Under the pieces are notes generated by a model that was not told the origin of the DNA, did not search any database, and saw only the letters and a list, made by a program, of their open reading frames with translations. DNA of 55,339 nt, taken from positions 1 through 55,339 of the IMG/VR virus record IMGVR_UViG_3300024261_000039. The stretch is one strand, 5' to 3'. A program made the position numbers and the translations under genes. Below, one piece after another: positions 1-9,700 of this stretch. Each line of letters starts with the position of its first letter. Positions within the stretch are counted from its first letter, which is position 1. The stretch is from a virus. Lineage: Duplodnaviria > Caudoviricetes.

Positions 1-1
1 G

Positions 2-1036
2 CAGATTTCTGAGTTAACTGCTAGTATTAATACTCAGCAGGGTCTATATGATCAAGGTGTCATTGACCTAGAGACCGCAAACAATAACATCTCTAATTTA
101 GATTCTGAGATCAAGTACCTTGAGGGTAAGTTGTACATTTACTCTGATGACCCCTACTCTACCGACCCTATACAGGATGCTATAAAAGACGGAACTTATT
201 TACCTATCGAAGATATAAACGATATGGGTGAGTACGTCGGCAGTGACCCGAAGTTTTTAAGCAATGATTTAAGTACGGTCTATAACGTAGAGGGTTTTAA
301 CCCAAGTGGTCTGAACTCAGACGGGAAATCTCAAGAGGATTTAGATGCCGTATCGGTTGCTAAGAAGTTAGCAACCCAAAACGATGAGTTATCGGCTGAA
401 CTAACTAATGTGAAAACTGGGAATTATTACGGTAGTGCTGGTTTTAACATACTTGGGTACGATATTAGGGGGTATGATAGGGATCACCTAGACACAGCTG
501 GTAACTACGATCCAGAGGCTAGAACTGATGTAGATGAACTGGTGTCTTCCGATAAGTTAGGAGAGATTGCCCCAATAACCAAAGGTCTCCCAGCGATCAA
601 CACAGGTGAGAATGAGTCCACAGGCGATGGGTTCTTCTATAACCGAGGAACTGGAGTTCACAATGATCAGTTCTGGGTTGGTGGTTCGCACATTGCAAGT
701 GATGTAAACACCCCAGATTACAACCCATCAGTCTCTGGTTTTAATTTTAACGAGGATGCGCCTGAGATGATTGCCAACACTACCTCTCCACGGTACAACG
801 CTGACCCATACGCCACGCTTGGCACGAACACAGATGCTTTCAAAGTTGATAAAATAAGTAGATACCAGCCTACTAAAACAGCGACTACTCCAACGGCAAC
901 GAGTAACTTTTCAGGCACAACATTTAATGCTGGTAATAGTGCTGGTCGTTATAACATTGACGCAACAAAAGCCGCAACTGCTGGAGTAAAAGCTGAACAA
1001 CGAAACGGACAGTTTGACTTTGACGAAGCTATCTAG
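2..1036 (+). CDS. C-terminal part of the giant acidic virion/ejection protein that begins at 50579
   Basis: Frame open from nt 2 (QISELTASINTQ...). It shares the repeats DPY.TDPIQDAI..GTY.P.EDI...GEY.GSDP.F and YN..GFNPSGLNS.GKSQEDL with the 50579 ORF. Confidence 0.85.
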   Translation, partial: QISELTASINTQQGLYDQGVIDLETANNNISNLDSEIKYLEGKLYIYSDDPYSTDPIQDAIKDGTYLPIEDINDMGEYVGSDPKFLSNDLSTVYNVEGFNPSGLNSDGKSQEDLDAVSVAKKLATQNDELSAELTNVKTGNYYGSAGFNILGYDIRGYDRDHLDTAGNYDPEARTDVDELVSSDKLGEIAPITKGLPAINTGENESTGDGFFYNRGTGVHNDQFWVGGSHIASDVNTPDYNPSVSGFNFNEDAPEMIANTTSPRYNADPYATLGTNTDAFKVDKISRYQPTKTATTPTATSNFSGTTFNAGNSAGRYNIDATKAATAGVKAEQRNGQFDFDEAI

Positions 1037-1451
1037 ACCAGCAACCTTAAAAGACTTATCAGCCATAGTAACCCTAGCACTAACCGAGGCTGAGAAGTTT
1101 CCTGTCAGACCAGACAAGAAGAAGATTAAGCAGTTAGTTACGGAGTCAATCTCCACGAAGTCAAACTTCTGTTGGGTCTCTGAGGAAGAGGGTAAGGTGA
1201 CAGGTGCTTTGGTGGCTATCTCCCATCAAGGTCTTTGGTTTGAGCGAAAACATTTATCAATTTTATTATTAACCACCACGACAAAAGGCGCGGGAATCTC
1301 GATGCTGAGAGAGATGCTTGCGTGGGTGAAATCAAGTGGGGCGATTAAGGTAGTCACGACTGACTTCATTGTCCCTCCACGCATGGCAGTTTTATTAACA
1401 CGACTTGGGCTAAGTCCCACAACCACACATACATTTTTTAAAGGACAGTAA
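1014..1451 (+). CDS. GNAT-fold acetyltransferase-like virion assembly protein
   Basis: RPATLKDL start, WVSEEEGKVTGAL beta strands and a KGAGISML motif-A-like segment; position among internal virion genes as for T7 gp13/P22 gp14-type genes. Confidence 0.65.
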   Translation: MTLTKLSRPATLKDLSAIVTLALTEAEKFPVRPDKKKIKQLVTESISTKSNFCWVSEEEGKVTGALVAISHQGLWFERKHLSILLLTTTTKGAGISMLREMLAWVKSSGAIKVVTTDFIVPPRMAVLLTRLGLSPTTTHTFFKGQ

Positions 1452-1453
1452 TC

Positions 1454-2440
1454 ATGGGATTTTTCGGCAAGTTATGGAAAGGGGTTAAGAACATCTTTTC
1501 TGGGATCGGCAACTTTGTAAAGTCTGCCGTCAGCGGCAAGAACTGGTGGAAGACTGCCATCGTTGGGGCAACAGCCTATTTTGGTGGCGCGGCTCTGGGG
1601 TATTGGAAGTCTCCAGTAGTCTCCAGCATCAACGGTGCTTGGGCTGGAGACATACAGGACGGTGGTGGCCGTAAGGGTGGTTGGTTTGGTGAGATGTTTG
1701 GGGCTAACAGAAATGACACTAGGGCAGAGACTTTTGGTTTGGGTGAGGATGAACCCCCAATGGCAGAAGAGTGGTTGGGAGGGTCTGGGGCCACAGCACC
1801 TTCCCCATCAATAGGCAACCCTAGTGGGGGGCTGATGGAGTATAACGCAGACAACTACAGAGACATAAACGGTAATTATGATGATATGCCTCCAGTTCCG
1901 AGGGGATCGTCTGCTTTCGCTGGGCAGATAGGTGATCGGGTCAATGACCCTGCATCTGGTGGAGCTAAGACCTTTGCACTAGGTGAAAGAAAACCTCTTC
2001 TTGGGGCAGAGAAAACGCCACTGGTCAACCTAGCCACTGGTGCGCCACCGCCCCCAAACCAAAGTTCAGAAGGTCTCTTATCTTCCGCATGGGAAACCAC
2101 GAAAGGGGCCGCTGGGGCCGTGTCTGATTGGACGGCAAAACACGACAGAGTAGCGGCAGTTGGGCTGTCGGCATTAGGTGGCGCGTTTGAAGATAAGCAA
2201 CAAGATGCTTACGAGACCGCACAAGGAACTTTACAGGCAAATCAAGACATGAACAAGATTGGGGGAGTTCCTAAAGGAAGTCGCTTTGGCGCAAAGGCCA
2301 CAGCATCCGCGAGACAAACAAAACCTTCCTCCGAGGCTGAGATGGAGAAGTTGCGGCAGAGTATGACACCACAACAATGGGCTGAGTACGTGAAGCAAAT
2401 GGAACTGGAAGGACAAAAGACTCCTTCAAGAGTAGTTTAA
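1454..2440 (+). CDS. Putative internal virion/ejection protein
   Basis: Amphipathic Gly-rich N-terminus (MGFFGKLWKGVKNIF...AIVGATAYFGGAALG), low-complexity body, RBS AAGGA, module context. Confidence 0.55.
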   Translation: MGFFGKLWKGVKNIFSGIGNFVKSAVSGKNWWKTAIVGATAYFGGAALGYWKSPVVSSINGAWAGDIQDGGGRKGGWFGEMFGANRNDTRAETFGLGEDEPPMAEEWLGGSGATAPSPSIGNPSGGLMEYNADNYRDINGNYDDMPPVPRGSSAFAGQIGDRVNDPASGGAKTFALGERKPLLGAEKTPLVNLATGAPPPPNQSSEGLLSSAWETTKGAAGAVSDWTAKHDRVAAVGLSALGGAFEDKQQDAYETAQGTLQANQDMNKIGGVPKGSRFGAKATASARQTKPSSEAEMEKLRQSMTPQQWAEYVKQMELEGQKTPSRVV

Positions 2441-2453
2441 CAAGGAGACTAAG

Positions 2454-3032
2454 ATGCCAGAAGTAAATGGAAAGCAATTCCCGTATGACAAGCAAGGACT
2501 TATCGCGGCAGAACAAGAACGTCAGGGATCACCTCAACCTCCTCAACAAGGGGGTGGCGGGTTAGAGCAGTATGTTGAGTTAGCCAAGCAGTTACTCCAG
2601 ACCCCAGAGGTCTCTCAAAGTCTGTTGAAACTGGGGGGTAACAACTCAGACTCTGTTGAGGGTATGGCGGATATGATTAGCATGACTGTCATTAAGGTTG
2701 ATGAGAAGACAGGGGATGCTATCCCAGAAGAGATGATCTTACCACTCACAGAACAAGTAGTCATTATTATTGAGGGTATGATTGCTCAAGCATCTGGCAA
2801 ACCTATCCCTGAGAAAGCGGTCATCAAAGCAAGTCAAATGGCGGTGGCAAAGTTGATGGAACATTACGGTGTTAGTGAAGAGCATATTGCTAATGCACTT
2901 CAAGGTGAAGACCCTGAGAAAGTACGTGCTGTCAAAGACGAGACTGAGAAATCCATGGCCTCAAAACCTCAAGGTCAACCACCTCAAGGTCAACCACCTC
3001 AAGGTCAACCACCTCAAGGAGTTCGGAGATGA
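2454..3032 (+). CDS. Hypothetical virion-module protein with C-terminal (PQGQP)n repeat
   Basis: RBS AAGGAG; 15-nt tandem repeat cctcaaggtcaacca near 2967-3019. Confidence 0.7.
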   Translation: MPEVNGKQFPYDKQGLIAAEQERQGSPQPPQQGGGGLEQYVELAKQLLQTPEVSQSLLKLGGNNSDSVEGMADMISMTVIKVDEKTGDAIPEEMILPLTEQVVIIIEGMIAQASGKPIPEKAVIKASQMAVAKLMEHYGVSEEHIANALQGEDPEKVRAVKDETEKSMASKPQGQPPQGQPPQGQPPQGVRR

Positions 3033-3697
3033 GTTGGCGAGGCGCGGTAAAAGCAGGGACAGATACTGCGGTAGACATCCTCAAAGAGGATGCGAAGGCT
3101 ACCCGTGCCGCAGAGTTGTACCAAACCAAGCGTCAGAACTCTATGACAGACGCTATGGAAACCTTCAAGCAGAAGGCAAAGTTTACAGCAGATGCCGCAA
3201 CGGGAGTACTTGACTCTAACTACGGGTACAAAAACCTCAAGGAGTTCGACACTCAGATAAACGCTCAGGCTAAGGCGGCCATAGGTCAGGCGGCTGTGGG
3301 GGGATATGGCAAGATAAAAGATAAAGATGTGGCAAAGAATGCGTGGGATAAGTCTGCCCATGCGGCAGAACTGTCTAAGGTCTACAAGGCGGCTTACTCC
3401 AACGGTATGAAGAATCTTACCCTACCTACGCTTAGTAATAAGATGCTTGAGGAGGTGAGGACTAATTATGAACGTAAGATGAAGAATAAATGGGTGACGG
3501 ATATTCTGAAGGAGTACAAAGACCCAACCCTAGAAGGTCTGCGGGGCAACATTCCTATGGAGTGGGTAAGCGGCAAGATTGCCTTACAGCAAAGGATAGA
3601 CGGTATTATCTCAGGCACTGCAACCCTTGGGCAGAAGCAAGCGCAGATTCGCAATATAAAAGACCGCTGGGAATCTGGTACAAAAACAAGCTGGTAA
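3029..3697 (+). CDS. Hypothetical, probable internal virion protein
   Basis: ATGA overlap with the upstream gene; helical Ala/Lys-rich sequence. Confidence 0.65.
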   Translation: MSWRGAVKAGTDTAVDILKEDAKATRAAELYQTKRQNSMTDAMETFKQKAKFTADAATGVLDSNYGYKNLKEFDTQINAQAKAAIGQAAVGGYGKIKDKDVAKNAWDKSAHAAELSKVYKAAYSNGMKNLTLPTLSNKMLEEVRTNYERKMKNKWVTDILKEYKDPTLEGLRGNIPMEWVSGKIALQQRIDGIISGTATLGQKQAQIRNIKDRWESGTKTSW

Positions 3698-3724
3698 CAA
3701 CACTAAATATGTATTGGAGTTTAT

Positions 3725-6700
3725 ATGGAAAGTAAATTCGGCAATCAACAGGAAGTTGATTTTGATGCCATGTTATCAGACATTGATGCCATGCTTGGGG
3801 AAACCTCAGAACCTTCTACAGTAGAGGCGTCTGGTGGTACAGTTGATTTTGATACCATGCTGTCGGACATTGACGCCATGCTTGCTGAACCTACAACAGC
3901 CACATCTATTGAGCCAAGGACTGAAGATCGAACATGGGTGGGGGACATGATTGACGATAAGTCCTCTGTCTATAACCAGTTCAACGATGCTATCAGTAAC
4001 GACTTCACTAAGCAAATTACGATGGGGGCAAACGCTGGGTTTGAGGGGATGTTGCGTACCGCAGATACCTTATTCAGTGATGGTGTGGACGGGGAGTATA
4101 TAAACAGGCTCAAGCAAAACTCCAGAGACGTAGAAGATAGCCTGTCAGAAGAACAGAAGACTGCAAACCGAAAAGAATTTTTCACAGATAACCCAGACGG
4201 CAGTTGGTCTGTAAACTCCGATGCTTTCCTTGACTTTGACAAAGTGACGGGCGTCATGGCGCAGGGGGTTGGGTCATTGATCCCAACAATGATGGGCGGT
4301 GGGGCCATCAGGGGTGCAGGTGCGATTCAAGTTGGTGGAAAATCTATCAATAAAGGGATTAACTTCTTAGCGGGTAAGGTGGGGGCAACTAAAACACTGA
4401 CCTCCAGACCTAAGCTTAGAGAGTTTTTAAAGAAGGCGGGAAGTAAGGGTCTTGGGTTTGGCGCGTCATCTACATCCATGGTTGTTGGTGGGGTGTCAGG
4501 TGACATACAAGACCATGTTCGATCCATGCCCATTGAGATTCTTAGTAAAGCACCCATCTACCTAGAGAAGAGAGATGAGTTGCTTGATCAGGGAATTCCA
4601 TTAGCAAAAGCAGAAATTCAGGCTAGGGAAGAGGTGGCTTTAGAACTAGGTCACTGGGGTATGGCGAAGTCTGCACCTCTGGCTATGTTGCTAGGGACTT
4701 ATGCTGGACGGTATATAGAGGATGCGTTCACATCTAAGGTGACAGGAGGCTTACTCAAGAAGTCTCTAATAGGTCTGGTTGTAGAGTCAGGTACTGAGGC
4801 TGGGGAGGGGGCGCAAGAGCAACTCGTCAAAAACATACAGACACAGAAAGTTGACCCGTCAGTAAAAACTTGGCAGGGGGTTGGTGAGTCTTCCGTGGCA
4901 GAAGGACTTGGTGGGTTCGGGGTCGCTGGTGGTATGAGTGTCGCTGGTGGTGCAGTAAGAAAGTTAGGAATGAAGGGTGCTGACCTAAGACAACGGGAAG
5001 AGTTGTTATCCCAACAGCTTAACCAAGATGGGTCTACCCGTGTACAAGACCATCTGGATGAGCAACTACGTCAACCGCAAGAGCAAGAACAACAGTCTGA
5101 AGAACAAGTCATCTTCACAGAAGAAGACATGGCTGAACTCCAAAGGCTAGAGGCAATAGTCCTTGAAGAAGAGCGGGCAGAGTTGGCCCTTTCCAGACAT
5201 AGAGAAAGTAAGAGGCGTCAACAAGAAATCCTCAATAGATCAGTATCAAACTTAGGGGGAGAGGTAGTATCCTCCGAGATAGATTCCGCGTACCAACAAG
5301 TAGACACACAGAACCAAGAACAGGTAGAAGCGGCATACGCACAACAAGAAAGACAAGGGGCAGGGTCACCCGATAGTCTAGAAGACCTTAATACTGGGGC
5401 TACCCTAGCTACGACCCTGTCAGATAGGGCTGTAAACAGATTTAATTCTGGGATACAACAAGCTGAAGAACACGCAATAGCGGAAGACGAGAAGTCTGAA
5501 AGACTGTTGTCTGCCATAGCGAAACGTGACGCTATTCTCTCCAAGCACCCTGACTTCCACGGGGAGACCTTAGTATTCCTTGACGAGATTCAAGAGTCTG
5601 TACAAGGTGAGGCGGTAGTCAAGAAGATTGCGGAGAGAGAAATCACAGCACTTAATAATGCTGTTGACTCACTAGAGGCTTTACCTAAGATGACCGAGCA
5701 ACAAGGTCGGTTATACGAGGACGCAGTTGAACTCCTAGACATGGGTGGTATGGGGGTTGACATTGCCAACACATTAACTCAACGCATCCAACGGACGTTG
5801 CCAACAACAGAGACAGTTGTTGAAGAGACTGAGCAGGTTACTGAGCAAGTAGCTGAAACCCCACACGTAGGGAAAGTGACCCGTAGATTTGAGGGAGAGT
5901 CCTCAGACGGAATCCACCCACCTACCGTTTACACTGGGGCGATTGACGGTATAGACGTTGAGATTTACCAAGACGAGTTGTCTGGCGTCTGGGGATATGA
6001 AGACCCTAGCACTGGCAACCTGATTGACCTTTCCGAGAATGAGAAGTACAACTACCCTAAAGAGGCAATCAAGAAACTGACCACCATAGTTGGTGACCCA
6101 ACTGTTGATGTTGATACCCTGCGGAAAGCAGACGTTAAGATTCCAAGTTCTAAAAGCAAGGGATTTGAGGTTGATGAAGACCCTAATGATCTAGACGATC
6201 TCAGTTTTTCCACGGGTGAAGGTCAGGTAAGCGGAGAGACTACGGAGACAATCTCCTCGCTACTTTCCTCAACATATCGTAAGGCTAAGGCATTACTAAA
6301 GAATAAAGAGATTGTCGTAGTGCAGTCTGTCGCTGATCTACCACAGGCTATGCAAGAACGTGGCCGTGCTAATGCAAGTTTGGATGTGACTAAGCGGGTT
6401 GAGGGTTTATATGACCCACAGACCAAGACCACGTTCATCGTTGCGGATCAAGTCAGTAAGGAAACTATCAACAAGGTTTTCCTCCACGAAATGCTACACA
6501 AAGCACTCGCGGAAAACCCAAAACTTAAAGCGAAACTAGAGGGCAACATTGGTGGCCTGAAGAAAGTCTTTGAGCAAGTTGAGTCTGGGGAGTTCTCAGG
6601 AGCAAACAAGAAGATATATGAAGCGGCAATGTCTCGCGTGGATAAAGCCAACACTTCTCCCGAACAGCGGTTTGAAGAATTCCTAGCGTACATCGTGACG

Positions 6701-9700
6701 GAATATAATAACAACCCTAATAGTCTTCCTGAGCATATACAGAAGTTTGTTAAAGACCTGATCGCTCAAGTACGTCAGGCACTTATGGGCATGGGAGTTG
6801 AGTTGAAAAACTTATCCCCTGCTGACTTAAACGCCATGGCTATCGCGGCTATCAAGACACAAGGTGTTGAGACACAAGGCGATGGGGTTCTGGGTAGCAA
6901 CGAGTACCAAGGTAATGACCCGAAAGAGCGGGAAGAGTGGTTGGCATCTGAGGCTAAAGGCTTAGATATGTCTACACCTGCGAGAATGGCACGGGCTATC
7001 AAGATGGGGTACGACATTACCAAGCGTTGGTATCACGGTACTCCTGTTGTGTTTAACACCACTGATCCTAACAATCCCATTGGTATACATACGAAACACA
7101 CTACCGACCTAGCGGGTACTAAGTACACCGCTACTTATACTGAGGCTAGTCACCCCACCAATCCTGCGGGGCTAGAGACCTACGATCAGAATGGGTTAAC
7201 ATTCGCCTCCCCTGACCCAAGGCTTGCTCAAATCTTTGCCAAAGAGGATAGGGAAAACCCAAACATAATTCCTCTGTTCGTTAAGGCAGAGAAAACTTTT
7301 GATGGTAGGGATAAAGCCCAGAGAGAGGAACTATTCGCCCAACTGGTACTCGATCTACATGACACTGACTCTATCCAGTTTGCAAACTTTAAACGTGCTG
7401 GCAGATCAAATGAGCATCGTGGTTTGGGTGATCTTAGTGACAAGCACAACTGGTGGGGTGATGGTAGCCACAATGAGAAACTACAGGAAATCCTTGACGA
7501 TACTAACCACGAAAAGTATGCGTACCTTGTAGGTCGTATAGAGGGCTACCTTAAAAAGCAGATCGCAGGTATCCAAAACGGAGACTTTGTTCAGTTAGAG
7601 CAAGTATCTACCGTGGAGGCACTGAAGGAATTGGGGTATGACTCTCTGTATGTGTCTGAGGAACCAAACGTCAATATAGACCAACACGAATACACCACAG
7701 AGTACAAGAGTTTTGATACTAAAAACGAGGCAGACACATTCCTAGAAGAGCAACTGAAGGTATGGGAAGTCACCAAAGATAACCTAGTAGCTATAGCGGA
7801 TAGCTACAATTATATGTACCCCCACACATCTACTCAAAGTAGGATGGATGAGGCTCTTAGTGAGGCAGAGGAACTTAAACCAATACGTTTAGATAGCGGT
7901 GGGGAGTTTGAAGTCTCTTACCGTAAGAGATTGGAGGCGGAGCGTTCTGACCCACAATCCTCCCGCAACATTGCTGTCTTTGACCCGTCACAACTACGCT
8001 CACCTCATGCGGCTTTTGATACCGAGCGAGCGCAGAGTAATGACTTACTAGCAAGTCAAGCACCTATATCCACCTCAGAGGAATACCGCATGGAGCATAC
8101 CTCTTCAGCTAGGGGGGAGGGCAGATCAGCGGATGACCTGAGTAATGTATACCCTGATGATTTGTATACGCACGGGGTGCAGTATTACGGAACTGGGGAT
8201 GTAGGGGATCAAAATGCCATAGATATTTTGGCAGACTTGAAGGATAACCCTAATGGTATCGTGACAATCTACAGGGCTGTACCTCCTGACGTAGATGAAA
8301 TCAACCACGGGGATTGGGTAACTATAACTGAGAGTTATGCCCAAGAACATGGGGAGCGGCACATGGAACGAGAAGGATTCCATGTCATTAGCGAAGAGGT
8401 CAGAGCAAAAGACATCTTCACTGATGGGGATTCCTTACATGAGTGGGGATATCACCCCGCAACATTTGCCCCTATGGAGTCTGTGAAAGGTGATACAGAG
8501 TCAACGTCAGAGAAGAGTCAAGATGACTTCTTATTCTCTATCGCGCAGACTAACGACCCAGACGCTAATTCCGCAATGGGGAAGATGGGGCCAACCAATA
8601 CTCCAAAGAGTCCTAAAGACAGGTTAGAGAAGACTGCTAAGAACGTCAGAGGTTTCTTTACACGGCAGAATCTTGCTGATCAATACGACTCATTCAGACG
8701 TATAGGTGACAAGAAGACAAGTTGGATGTTGGCGCGGATGAGTAACCTTGGCTCTAACATTGTCGAGGGTGCTATCAAGATCGGGTCTCCTATCTTCCAC
8801 GAAGACGGCAGTGGTGGGATGACCTACAAAGCAGGGTCTAGAAGTCTGACTGACATACTCGCTCCACTACAGGGAGAGATAGATTACTTCTTAGCTTTCC
8901 GTGCTGGACACCGTGCTGAAGATTTTCTTAGGTCGGCAGAGGTTGGGAATGTTCAGGTTAATGACCTGACGTACACTATGAAGTTGGCGAAGAAGCGCAG
9001 AACCGCAATACGAAATGCTATCAAGAACCGAGTTAACCTGACACGGGCAGAGCGTAAATCCCTTATCGCAGAGGAAAAAGAAATAAACGCTCACCTCAAA
9101 GTTAAAAAAGCGGAACTCAAAGTAGCGAGGGAAAAAGCTAAATCAAAAGAGAAGTTATTCACCCCTGCTGAAGTACAGGCACTCAAGAATCTACCTGACA
9201 CATTGGAAGGTGACATAGGCGGTCGGTCAAGACGCGAGGTCTATGAAGAAGTAGCTAAAGAATTCGATGCCATGCATGAGGACTTTGTCCAACTTGGCGT
9301 TGACACAGGGTTGTTCAGTGAGCAACAGGCTCAAGAGTGGAGAGATGGTGGGGTGTACATCCCATTCCACAGGTTGAACGATGATGACGAGCAGACCAGT
9401 ATGCACTCACCGTCTGGGTTAACGAAGTTAACTGAGCAAGATGGGACACATACACTTAAAGGGTCTGAGAAAAATCTCGATGATCTGCTGACCAACGTGC
9501 TTATGAACTGGGCGCACATTACAGATGCGGCACTGCACAATCAAGCCGCAACATCTGTTACCCGCGATCTACATCAAGACGGTGGTATCGCCAAGGCTGA
9601 GATATTCCAAGGCAACAAGACACAATACGAAGAGGCTCAGAAAGACGAGAATAGATACGTGTACTGGGTACGGATGGGGGGTGAAAAGGTCTTAATTGAA

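Noticed and set aside
131-1036. Stand-alone 301-aa gene starting at TTG 131
   Set aside because: The frame is open from nt 2 and shares repeats with the 50579 ORF; it is better explained as that protein's C-terminus.
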